From the NCBI GenBank assembly GCA_964016885.1, contig OZ024740.1:359786001-359850000 (forward strand): a DNA stretch of 64,000 bases, read 5' to 3'. Under the pieces are notes generated by a model. The model was not told the DNA's origin, ran no database searches, and was given only the letters and a program-made list of their open reading frames with translations. The position numbers and the translations under genes were made by a program. The first letter of the stretch is position 1; every line of letters begins with the position of its first letter. Source of the stretch: Eledone cirrhosa (Eukaryota). This document shows, one piece after another, positions 13,359 to 24,947 of this stretch.

Positions 13359-16300
13359 TTAAGAATTCAGCAGGTGAAACTGGATTGCCAGATTTGTCAA
13401 AATATGCATTGACTGTTTACAGCCTGTTACAGTTGAAACAGCACTTGCAATAGTAACCCCCACAAAAATTAAAGTAAGAAATTGGATTGGGTTGGACCTC
13501 ATCCTCATCATTTAATGTCCATTCTCCCTGCTAACAAGAGTTAGACGGGTAGTCACACACCAAGTCAGTACTTAATCATAGTTGCCCTACCTTTCAGAAG
13601 GACTGGGAGCCACATATTGCTTATATATGTTTCCACATATGCACACACACACACACACTCATTATCTCTCTCTCTCTCTCTCTTTAGAATGCCGCAATTG
13701 CATTTTCATGGCACTAGCACTAGGGAGGTTGTTATGCCTTTGATATAACTGAAGAGTCCTCAACCCTTTGGCAAGTTATCTATGGATGGATGCCCTTCCA
13801 ATCACCAACCACATTACAGAGTGTACTGGGTGTGTTTTATCGTGCCACCAACACTAGAGAGGTTGTTGTGCAATGATGCAACTGAAGAGTTCTCTCAACC
13901 CTGTTTTTGGTATGGTTTCTATGACACTAGCACAAGAGAGGTACCTACTTCAAACAATTTGAATAAAACATTTACTGCCTCAAGTGATGATGTACGACAA
14001 ACATCTACAGAAATGAGGAAGAAATTAATTTAAAGGAGAATGATACTCTTGATACATTAATACTATATTGAAATTATCAACTAAGTAAATTAAAATTGAC
14101 CTGCAGGCAATCCTTATATTTAGGAGAAGAATATGAAAAATTAAAAGTGGGAATTTTTTTTTTTTTAAATCGTGATCTTTAATAATGTTTGAAACAGAAA
14201 TCCTACAATATGTTCTAAACGTAAAATAAAATAATTACGGTTGGGGCGGGGTCGTATCTTTTTTTTTTTTTTAATTCACCAAAGGTAATTTTTATTGAAA
14301 GCTATTTTCTAACTTAATTCGCTACTTTTTGAAAATTTGTGCTTCGTTTTATGAAATTGATCTGGCAACCCTGCATGGTTCTATCAATTCTGCAAATCCA
14401 CTCCCTAGAAAAGGTTAATTTGATTAGCGAACCCTTTAAGTTGAACTACACCTTTTCTACAATTTTCAATTTTTAGCAGTTCTTCATATCTCACGGAATA
14501 CTTTAATCTAGTTTTATTCCTAAATGGAAAATGGTACAAGTCTTTTGATCAGATATTTTAAAAAAAGAGAGACAGACAAAACAACACAAAATGAATCGGA
14601 TAAGCGAATCATTTTGTGTTGATAATAAACACAAAGATTTGGCAAGAACGTGAGTTAATGATAAGCACGAACATTTGGCAAAAACATGAGGAGATACTAA
14701 AGAATATTCTCGTGCATTTAAAAATCTATACGCTTGTAACTTAAAAATAATCAAAAAACAGTTTTCCTTTAGAAACAAGATATCAGAAAATATAAGGAAA
14801 TTGACAAGCTAATCTTCTAAAACGATCTCGATACGTCGTCAGGATCAAAAAAGCAGTTAGGTCAGATGTGTTATCTGGGATTATCAACACCTATATAAAC
14901 CAAGATATCGTTATTAAATAACAAATAATCTTTCAAAACAGGAAATAGATTTTAAACTGGATCATGAATTTACGAAAAGTCGAACAAGAGATAAGCTCCG
15001 CGACCCAGTTTCGATTCCCATATTACTGGAAATAATACATTACCAATAACCCCCAAAAAGACACGAATGTTACATCAGAATTATACTCTCCTATGAATCC
15101 GAGGCCTTGTGCCTTTGTATGAAATCAATATTCTGACCAAACACGTAATCTTACCTTTACACCTACGAGAGAATAGGGAGTGGCTTTTTTTAAAAATAAT
15201 ATATACTATTAAATGTCACATCCAGGAAGATTTTAGTTATAACAATTCGAGAATTGGTATTTAAATAAATTGTACTGAAGATAGTCAGGTATAACTGGCT
15301 GCTTTAAATGTATCCATTATCCATGGTAAATGGTAGCACATCAGAATGATGCTAAACTGGTAATTTCGTAAGCAGTGTTTTAATGAGCTAAGCATGAGCT
15401 GTAGCTACTACATGATAATACACACAGCCACCGAAAACATATAGCTATAAATGTTAGCTTTAATAACTTAATGGAAACGATTTGGTCGATAACAAAATAT
15501 ATACTTATAATTTTCGTAAAATAATAATCATATACTTGGTTGCCAACTTTTCTTTCTTCGTATCTTTTCATTGTCCACACTTAGTCTACATTCGCAAAGG
15601 TATTTTCAATGAATTCTAATTAAATTATTAATTAATACATTGTTTATCTGTATAAACTACATCTCTAAAAAAAATTCTCGAATTCCAAAATTTTAACGAA
15701 GAAATTAAACAGCTTTAAGATCTCACTTAAATTAGCGAAAAAAATGTTCTTATTTTATCAATATAACCAAGCTATGTGTAATGGGAATCATTTTAAATAT
15801 GTATAAAGAAATATGAATTAGTAAGCCATTATGTTTGTGTATGTAACTGAATGCGGTCACCATGCCAATAGTTGGACACCTCTATCTACTTGAAAGAGGC
15901 AGCAGGAACAGTAACACACATTAGCAAGTCATAAACAAGCATTATTTCAAGAAAAGAAAAGGATATAACAAAATAATCTTACCTAAATGAAAATAATAAA
16001 GGTTTGGAAACTAAAGAAATTGGTCTTGGTCAAAAAAATAATCGACAGACCTTTCTATCTTCTTTATAGACAAAAATACCAGTGGATCGCCACAACATTA
16101 GTTAATACAGCCACCTACTGTGTGAAACACAGAGGAAGCATTGAGAGTTAACTCCCTTGTTTAATAGGAACACGCCCTGCCATGCCCTGCTCCACAGAAA
16201 GCTCTTGACAATTGAGAGTCATTCGTGACGAAGAAATTTGATACACTTTACACTGCCATCATTGTTATTTCATATGCATTTTATTAATTATTATTATTAT

Positions 16301-16821
16301 TGCTATTAAACAAATTATAAAGTTTAAATATTATTTTATACAGAAAACAAAAGTCTAGCTGCGTCTCTTATATCTTGATTTTCGTTTTTGTTTTTTTTTA
16401 AGCATACATTGCTATGACGTTCTTTTGGAAATATGATAAGAATAAAACTTAAACGGTGATTAGTTAATGCACAGTAATCAGTCTTCCAAGGAGAACAGAG
16501 AACGTAAAGTAAAAGTAAATTATTTTAAAGGACTCCCCCAAAAAAAGAAAATTGAGTGTTTGAATTTGTAAAGCGAAAAGTGTGTCTACACTTATGCCTG
16601 AAGAATTAAAAAATTATCCTGCTTAAATTTTGAGAAAAATCTGTTCCCCCCCCCCCCCCCCCCCCATGTCCTGAAAAATTGATATTTGCATCATTTGCCA
16701 ATATATATCTGTGAAAGATATGCACACACACACTCACACAAATAAATGTGTATATATCATCATCGTCATCATCGTTTAACGTCTATCTTGCTAGGCTGTA
16801 AAATTCTGAATAAATAAATAT

Positions 16822-17720
16822 TATGTTGGACAGAAAGTTCTCAGTGTTTTTCAAATTTTTATTGACTTTGGCATTTTTATCATTATGAAAATTTTACAAG
16901 TCAAAATAATAGCTGTATTTTTGCAATTACTGTCTCCCATCATTTAGGAAGGCACATGATTCCATCCTCATAGAATAGCTCCAATGCAAAGAATTCCGTC
17001 AGCTGATTTAACTGGTCTTCATTGTCAAAGGTTTTGACTGAATTCTATTGCTTATTGAGAGAAAGGGTGATGGGTGAGGTAGAATCTCCCAAGCTAGCTC
17101 CAGCAGTTTCTCACAAGTCATCCTTGACATATGCAGCCGAACAGGATCATGGTGTGGAGGCACATGTCCAATTTTCGCCATTAATCTATCAACTTGTTGG
17201 CAATAGACATCAGGTTATACTGATGTTTGATGGGAGCAGCTCATAGTGGATGACACCTTTTCCAGTTCCACCAGACGTTCAGTAGGGCCTTGCGAGGGTG
17301 GAGACCAACTTTTGCTTGTCATTGTGGCACACTCTCTTTATCAACCCACAATTACTTGCACCTAACATAAATGTAGGGAGACCATTTTTTATCACCAGTG
17401 ACAATGAAATGTAACCAGTTGGTTGCACAATGGTAGGAGAGCAGAGAAGTTGCTGCCCAACATTCATGATTACATTCTGTCAGATTGTGAGGCACCAATT
17501 CGTCCAGCTTGGACACCTTCCCTATTGCATTCAAGTGATTTAGGATGGTTGTTTTCGATGTCCCAAGCACTTCGGAGAGTTGATGTGATGTCTCGCATGG
17601 GTCAGCATCCAGCAGTTATTCATGATTGAAGTTAGATGGACATCTTGTGCGAGGTCAATCTTCATAGGTGTTATCACTGGAACAGAAACATGCAAACTAT
17701 CCCTGGCTCTGCATTCAGAC
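16822..17720 (-). pseudogene. Decayed mariner transposon (transposase remnant + one TIR-like end)
   Basis: TILNHLNAIGKVSKLDELVPHNL (WVPHEL motif) and IVTGDKKW (first catalytic Asp); tatgttggacagaaagttc TIR-like end at ~16822. Confidence 0.85.
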
Positions 17721-17759
17721 ATGGTGTGTGACCTAATTGTAATGTTAGTGCAACAGCCC

Positions 17760-17895
17760 AATCATTAATTGCTACATGGGAAAAGGTGATGCTCTAGAAA
17801 GGAGCAACTACAGGGGAATAAAACTAACAGATGAAGTTATGAAAGTAACAGAAAGTGTTTTAGCACAACTAACTAGGGAAAGAGTCAAATTAGAA
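17760..17895 (+). mobile_element. RTE family B RT fragment
   Basis: INCYMGKGDALERSNYRGIKLTDEVMKVTE, homologous to ~59530-59630 on the minus strand. Confidence 0.75.
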
Positions 17896-18649
17896 TTGTG
17901 TATCAATAGAAGTCACCAGTGAAGCAGTTTATAACATAAGAGGATGATGTATTATGCTATCAGTATAGCAGCTTGTAATATTCACCATTTTAATAGTATA
18001 GTATTACTTTTAACAGTGTGTAATATATAACGAGAATATGTAACAATAATGTATTTGTTGGTTTGTAATTGAAAAGGTATGGTTCGTAATATCAATAAAT
18101 GTAAGTTGAATTGAGGTTCTGCTGTAAGTCTCATAATCTGTTGCTCTGCTGTGAATATAACTCTGGAAAGAATATTTCCATATCACATTTAAAGGCAATG
18201 GTTGTGGTAAATAGCATCACAAGACTTTACAACGTTTTTATATGATTTATTAACAAAGATGAGAAAAGCTGGATTAAGCTTGGTTGGTTGGCGTGCCAAA
18301 AGAAATGAAACAAACAAATTGAGATCTGTAAGAGAAGACGCAGTCCAGTGGCTGAAGTGAGAAGCCAGGTCGCGGTAATGTTTTGTAGTTACATTTTGGA
18401 ATGATGTTTTTGGAACAAAAGCAAGAGGTTGTTTACCTTAGCGAGGTCGAGCTGCAAGAGAATTAATTTATCAAAAGAAGCGGGAATTTCTCCATTTGGG
18501 TGGAAGTTGAGATACATTTCCCTATGCTGCCAGCGATTGACTTAACTCAGCCAAACAACGTATGGAAAGGGTATCAATGCGCCAAAGGAAAGTAGCTTGC
18601 TACAAGTTCTTAGCCTACAACGGTTTATCCTAGTCCTTCAGGTCATAAC

Positions 18650-18990
18650 AAAAGAGTTTAAGACTGGTTGCCCATGGGAACTTCTGTATGCTGATGATAT
18701 GGTCTACATAGCTGAATCTGTGGAAGAACTACAGAACAATTCCAGCTGTGGAAACAGAACTTAGAATCAAAGGCTCTGAGAGTAAACTTAGCAAAACCCA
18801 AAATGTTAATAATTAGGAAAGAAGATAGGATACAAATCAACTCTATACGATGTGCACAATGCAAATCTTAGGTACACAAAAGGTGTAGTGGGATAATAGG
18901 CTGATTAACAAGAAAGGAAAACTTTATATATCAATTGTTTAGAGTCAGGAAAACTTTGTATATCAATTGTTTAGGGTCAATTGATAGTAA
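18650..18990 (+). mobile_element. RTE family B RT fragment
   Basis: FKTGCPWELLYADD...VNLAKPKML followed by a decayed PHD-like segment. Confidence 0.75.
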
Positions 18991-19004
18991 GAGTGCCAAT
19001 AATA

Positions 19005-19295
19005 ATAATGGTTTCTGATTTAGGCACAAGGCCAACAATTTTAGGAGAGGGGAAAGTCGATTAAATCCACTGTAGTATGTTATGGGTACTTTATTTTATT
19101 GACCCCATAACTCAGAATTGAACTCAGAATGTAAAGGGCTGTAACTATATGCCACAAAGCATATTGTCCAACGCTCTACTGATATCTCCAATCCACCACC
19201 CAGTGCCAATAATGATGATAAAATAAATGGTTTCTGATTTAAGCACAAGGCCTTGATTTTAGCATTACTGGTGCTTTATTTTATCAAACCCGTAA
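19005..19295 (-). mobile_element. Tandem SINE fragments
   Basis: Two head-to-tail copies, each starting ggtttctgattta(g/a)gcacaaggcc on the plus strand; same SINE family as 3448. Confidence 0.65.
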
Positions 19296-19403
19296 AATAA
19301 TGATGAAGGTGATGATATGTGTATATATATATATATATATTTAGAGAGAGAGAAAGAGAGAGGGGGGGGGGGGGACAAATAAACATTTATAGATATATAT
19401 ACA

Positions 19404-19596
19404 TACTGGGGTGCTGAAAACTTCCTTATTTAAGGGTATCATGAAAGGGTCAAGCTGTTACCTTTACAGGGGAGGTAGGACTGCTGCAGTAAGTGTGTGA
19501 ATCTGAAGAGGGAAATATGTTGAATAAAATCATAGGTAACTGATCCTCTTGTATTTTCCTTTTACCTAAAGCCAGAACCTTTTTAACACCCCTATA
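19404..19596. mobile_element. Mariner-type MITE
   Basis: tactgggggtgctgaaaacttcc ... agaacctttttaacacccctata imperfect TIRs in a TA context. Confidence 0.65.
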
Positions 19597-20090
19597 TGGA
19601 ATATATATAGAGAGAAATATGTAGATATATAAGTATACATCAATATAGCTTATGGATTTCATAACTTCTCTGTGCAATTTAGACAGAACACTTTGTGTAA
19701 ACTGTTGAGTTTGGTCAACTTCACTATGGCTGAAAAGCCACATTTTTCCAAGATACAGGGAGGTATTTTAGCTACACTAGGAACAAGTTCATAGTGACAG
19801 TTCAAGAGGAATAAATGTTGTTCTTAATGAATAAGAAGAAGGAATTTAGTGGTAGTCTGCAGTAGTTCAGTAGTTGAAAATGAGTTTATCTTTATGTTAT
19901 TAAGCATGAAGAAAAGAGTGGTGGCGGGAGTGGTGATAAAAACTGGTTTCAGTGGACACATTTCATGGATTAGATTTTATAACTGAGAAGTATAAAATAC
20001 CATGAGTGCTGCCATGCCATAGCTGACCAGATTGTTTGGAGAGTATTATGCTACCAAACATGGTAACTTATTATTCCAGTCAATAACCTG

Positions 20091-20121
20091 ATCATCGTCG
20101 TCGTCGTCGTCATCGTCATCG

Positions 20122-20176
<55 letters not shown>

Positions 20177-20252
20177 TATTGTCGCCACCGTCATTGTTAA
20201 CATAATCATTATCATCATCATTATTGTCATCATCATCATAATTTTCATTCAT
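20091..20252. repeat. (CAT/CGT)n microsatellite
   Basis: Direct inspection; explains the poly-D and poly-M ORFs. Confidence 0.95.
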
Positions 20253-20545
20253 CCAGCTAATTATTTATTTATTTATTTATTCATTCATTTATTTCATTAG
20301 TTGCTGAATTAACAAGCTGGAGAAGATGTGAACTTGAACATTACTTTAGTAAGTTATTTCTGTTATATAATGTTCAGTGGAAACATTATTTTACTTATTT
20401 TTTTTCTGTGGGAAGTAAAGACATTAGGGAGGCATAAACATGCACCATGGGTGTGAATACATTTGTGTATTATTTTAGGTGAGCTCGCTGGATATGTCAG
20501 GCAGCCAGCATATGAGGTGCTGTACAACTTACTTGTCACATTTTC

Positions 20546-20583
20546 AAAAGGCTTCTACAGGACTAGTCCTGTAGAAGCCTTTT
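20546..20583. repeat. Perfect 38-bp palindrome
   Basis: aaaaggcttctacaggact|agtcctgtagaagcctttt, no loop. Confidence 0.95.
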
Positions 20584-20691
20584 CTATATTAAATATTTAT
20601 ACTCCACTTTATATGGAGTACCTTACTTACTGTGGTTACCCCCGATTGAACCTGGGATAAACTTTGACGATGGCGCCAAGCAGTTTTGGCT

Positions 20692-20765
<74 letters not shown>

Positions 20766-20788
20766 ATGTATAATAAACAATACAATAT

Positions 20789-20866
20789 AATTACCTCATT
20801 ACCAGAGGTTTCCCGAATAAGACGAATACGAAAAACGTCCTCATTCGTTCATCGGACAAGGCAATT
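20789..20866 (-). ncRNA. Type I hammerhead ribozyme motif (HHR-2, variant core)
   Basis: Minus strand: AAUUGCCUUGU-CCGAUGA-A CGAAUGAGGACG..CGUCUUAUUCG G-GAAA CC ucu GGUA^AUGAGGUAAUU; 11-bp stem I (with wobbles), 11-bp stem II with a bulge, 3-bp stem III, GUA triplet. U4C change and an A.G mismatch at the stem II base. Confidence 0.75.
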
Positions 20867-21522
20867 TAAAACATAGTGAAATATCTGAAAAATCTCCTCA
20901 AGAAAAGCAAGAGTTTAACGGGCAAAAAAAACAAAGCAAGAGATATATAAAAAATAAGGAAATATAGTTAGGGTATGTGTATAAATGTGTTTATATTCAC
21001 TCACAAATGTACAAATGCATGTGTATAGTGAAAATGTGTGTGTGCGTAAGTGCGTATATGAGGGCAAGCATAATAGTGTATGTGTGACCAATACGTATAT
21101 AATATAAGTTGAAAAATAATGTACATACAGATTTAGGTATTAAATATATACACATACAAGTATGAAAGCACGCGTATAAACACACACGCGGGATCATTTA
21201 TATGCGGAAGATAAAAAGGGAAGGGAGTGTATTAGTAAAAAAGAGTGTCATATTCGATACATATGAGAATGAAACAATATATGAGAAAGAAAAAAAAAAT
21301 GTTGTTTTAATCAAAGAGAAAGTAAGTGTGTGTGTGTGGAGGGGGGGGGGGGGGTATCAATTATAAATTAACACTAGAGAAAAAGAAAACAAACATAGGT
21401 TCGCACGTACGCACACATACATATACAAATATATATGTAGGAGGTGAGTTTTATTGTAGTACAATAAAGCAATGCAGATATCGGATAAGAAGCACTCTAC
21501 AGTTTGTAAGACTGGAGTATAC

Positions 21523-21694
21523 ATAATATATAAGATCAAAAGATGGTTAAATGAGTTCCATGTATTTTATTATGCGCATTTCAAAAACAAATATCATCAT
21601 GCAATAATGTTATTGCATGATGATATTTGTTTTTGAAATGCGCATAATAAAATACATGGAACTCATTTAACCATCTTTTGATCTTATATATTAT
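21523..21694. repeat. Perfect 172-bp palindrome (85-bp arms, 2-nt spacer)
   Basis: 21523-21607 is the exact reverse complement of 21610-21694; centre gcaataa-tg-ttattgc. Confidence 0.97.
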
Positions 21695-22591
21695 ACAAAT
21701 ATATATATATGAATACGTACAGGCAAAAGCGCATGCATACGTACATACATACACACGAAGCAGACATATATATATACATATATTGGCACACGTATATCTA
21801 AGCACACGTACGTACGCGACTATAAGTATACATATATGCATACACACACATACATACATATACATATATATATATACACGTACTTATACACATACGTTCA
21901 CCCACACACACACACACTCGTATAAAATATAGATATAAAAACATACATGCTCACACATATAGACACACACACGCACACACATGGAGGCGCATACACACTC
22001 ACACGCATAGATACAAATTATAGACCAGCCATATGAAAGAAAGAAATACAAATATAAAAGCGGCTGCGAAACAACAGGATATATCTGGATTTGAAAACGC
22101 AAGTGACAAGTGATATCAGGTAGAGAAATAAATAAAGTGTGGAATTTGAAGATATTAGGTAAGTGAATCAAAAAGTAGGGAGGTGTGTGTGTGTGGGGGG
22201 GGGGGGTCACTTGTGGATGTGAAGTGAAAATAAAAATAAAAATGAAAATAAAGTTAAAAATGAAAGTAAATCAGAAAGAGAAGTCTGTAAAGAGGATAAT
22301 TTAAGGAAAGTGAAGAACAGGAGTTTATGGAGGATAAGTATCTGAAAGTGAGTTAAGTTTATATGAGATGGAAAGCAAGTGTGATTTCATGTGTGGGCAA
22401 CTGGTGAACATTTCTGTTTTTGTATTTAGGCAGGTTTTTGGTGATTTAAGGTTCTGTAAAATCCAATATTTTTCACTTATGCAGAGTGTGCATCTTCTTG
22501 TTCCTCTTGCATATTCTTTAGATTGGTTCAAAATTGACCAATCCAATTTATATTGGATACCTTGGTCTTTCAAATCCCATATTCTGCTAGC

Positions 22592-22686
22592 AAGAAGAAG
22601 AAGAAGAAGAAGAAGAAGAAGAAGAAGAAGAAGAAGAAGAAGAAGAAGAAGAAGAAGAAGAAGAAGAAGAAGAAGAAGAAGAAGAA
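22592..22686. repeat. (AAG)n microsatellite
   Basis: About 32 units; explains the poly-R and poly-L ORFs. Confidence 0.97.
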
Positions 22687-22914
22687 AGTCGTCCAGTGGA
22701 CTGTGCTGTAGCCTCCACTCTGTATTACAGGTACTCAACTTTTTTGTTGGTGTTTTCGAGGATAGCTATAAGCCAGTTCAGGTAGAAGTTCCTCTGGATG
22801 TTAGGGACTTTGCTGACTTACTCCATCTGATGGTGCAATATCATTACACAGTGCATAATCGAGGCATATCACAAAAAGGAAAGTCCCTAGAGGACTCCAG
22901 TATCAATGGAAGAT

Positions 22915-23165
22915 AGGTCTTCTGGAAAACACACATAACAAATAAATCACTTTATGGAGGCTCGCATTAGCCAGACACGTGAACCGTCACAATGAACCTG
23001 CTGGCAGAGTTATCCTCTTGAAACCAGATGGATGCAGATGAGTTGGGAAACAAAACATCACACTGAAGGATGTTCTTGAAGATGATACTGTGTTGAGAAC
23101 AATGTTGGACAGGGTGAGATGGAGGAAAAACTTTGTCATGGCACCAGTAGCAGATGTGTAGAAGA
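22915..23165 (+). mobile_element. 3' fragment of a third RTE-like LINE
   Basis: VFWKTHITNKSLYG / RLALARHVNRHNEPAGRVILLKPDGCR*VGKQNITLKDVLEDD...MLDRVRWRKNF resembles RTE ORF C-termini. Confidence 0.65.
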
Positions 23166-23396
23166 ACATACATATATATATATATATATTTCGTTTCTGA
23201 ATTTGTTTAGCAAGATTCATCTGAAAACGTGTGTTGAAACCGATATTGTTATACTTTGGGAGGGTCATGTTGCCAATAAGAAACACACGCACCAGTTGCT
23301 TTCACTTCAACTTATTATAATAAATTTATAAATTTAGGAATTTATAAATTTCCGGTTGGTTGGTTGGTTCCACAACCAGATGATTGTTTATATATT

Positions 23397-23439
23397 GTCA
23401 AAGTTCTTTCGTCACACATTCTGTGACCTCTTCAGTGAC
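23397..23439 (-). ncRNA. Minimal type I hammerhead motif (HHR-1, copy a)
   Basis: GUCA-CUGAAGA-G GUCACA gaaug UGUGAC-GAAA G aa CUU^UGAC; core boxes intact, very short stems I and III. Confidence 0.55.
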
Positions 23440-23823
23440 TGGGGATTCTTTTCTTTGTTTTTGTGCCTCTCCTTTGTTCTGTCATATGCCATCTTGTTTT
23501 TGTGTGTGTTGTGTACTTAGTTTGCGCATGTGTTACATCCGGGTGTCTGTGTGTGTTTATATTCGTTTATTTATTTGTTTATTTACATGTTACTGGTTGG
23601 TTGTTTGTTCTATCTTACAATTAAGGACAAAATGAAAACACACACACACATAGAACAAACAACCAACCAGTAACATGTAAATAAACAAATAAATAAACGA
23701 ATATAAACACACACAGACACCCGGATGTAACACATGCGCAAACTAAGCACACAACACACACAAAAACAATATGGCGTAGGACAGAACAAAGGAGAGGCAC
23801 AAAAACACAGAAAATAATCCTCA

Positions 23824-23866
23824 GTCACTGAAGAGGTCACAGAATGTGTGACGAAAGAACTTTGAC
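23824..23866 (+). ncRNA. Minimal type I hammerhead motif (HHR-1, copy b)
   Basis: Same sequence as copy a on the opposite strand. Confidence 0.55.
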
Positions 23867-23996
23867 AATATATAAACAATCATCTGGTTGTGGAACCAAC
23901 CAACCAACCGTAAATTTATAAATATATTATAATAAATTGAAGTGAAAGCAACTCGTGCGTGTGTTTCTTATTGGCAACATGACCCTCCCAAAGTAT

Positions 23997-24028
<32 letters not shown>

Positions 24029-24947
24029 GTGAGTGTGCGTGTGTGTATATTTATATATGCTGTTTTGAGAAGGAAAAGGTGCATATACTATCTATTGAAT
24101 ATTTTTCTACTTCCAAAGAATCCCTCTGATGAAGGAATTTCTTCCAGTATTGGTTGCCTTAATTTATTAGTATAATTATTATTGTTTCCTGATTCCAGGA
24201 GACAATACAAGTAAAACCTTCTAATATTAGTTTGTCTAGCTTGTATTCCCCAAATGGATGTTTTGGCATAACATAAACTATGTATATATGTATGAAGCAA
24301 ACATTTAGAGGACACTGGTATACACCAAATATTCTCCTTCCTCCCTTCCCCATCCATACGTCTTAACACTTCACCCTTCACCAAGTAAGTACCTCACTTT
24401 ATACCTACCTCTCCAATCCCCTTCCTGCATATATGCACCACACCCTCCTCCAACACCCACCTTCACATCTGATGCACTTCTCTTATCCAACCAATGTATA
24501 CAAGCATGGTAAACTGGACACACTCTCCCACAATACTACTGAAATGGCTAAAAACTCTCAGTCCACTCTGTTAAATGGTCATACTGGTTACACAACAAAA
24601 GCCCATAGTCCACCATGTAAGGTGCTCATGCAGGTGACATGACAAAAGAACGTCCAGTCCATCCTGTAAGGTGATCATGCTGGTGATATGATAAATAAGA
24701 ACCCAGCCCACCCTGTACGATGATCGTGTTGGTGACACGACAAAAAGCACCCAGCCTAACCCGTAAGGGGATTGTGTTAGAAAAGTATAAATTGTATAAT
24801 TAGAATAGCTTTAATTATTTGAACGTGACAAATAAGTTAAGATGTATCCGTTGCGTTTTCAATTGAAGGTCAATTGTGTATCAAAAATGTTTCTTGTTCA
24901 ATTCACCTGACTTAACACAAATTTATTTTATAAATTTTATTATGAAT

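Larger units (their letters stand above)
20765..22590 (-). mobile_element. 5'-truncated Penelope-like element: GIY-YIG endonuclease C-terminus, microsatellite-rich 3'UTR, terminal hammerhead motif
   Basis: ASRIWDLKDQGIQYKLDWSILNQSKEYARGTRRCTLCISEKYWIL...LNTKTEMFTSCPH (IW..K...WSIL...RCxLC..EK...CxH tail of C-terminal-EN PLEs), stop at 22325; element ends beside (AT)n at ~20762. Confidence 0.75.
23188..24004. mobile_element. Inverted pair of Penelope-like pseudo-LTR fragments between (AT)n tracts
   Basis: ~23243-23613 is the reverse complement of ~23650-24004 with a few substitutions, 36-bp spacer; each arm has a hammerhead motif. Confidence 0.7.

Noticed and set aside
20046-20252. Poly-Asp and poly-Met ORFs; likewise the ER/LS ORFs at 49434-49778 and CV/HT ORFs at 45502-45719
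   Set aside because: Translations of microsatellites.
22368-22916. 182-aa ORF with a poly-Arg tract (protamine-like)
   Set aside because: Produced by (AAG)n and the antisense of the endonuclease remnant; the tract is only about five units in the sister copy.
23384-23879. Three near-identical Cys-rich hydrophobic ORFs (23384, 23610, 31764) resembling a small gene family
   Set aside because: They are the antisense reading of the repeated pseudo-LTR, start at TTG and include (TG)-rich sequence.
24120-24225. CTGATGA followed by a possible long stem, next to the fold-back
   Set aside because: No intact GAAA box or convincing stems I and III; at most a heavily eroded hammerhead.
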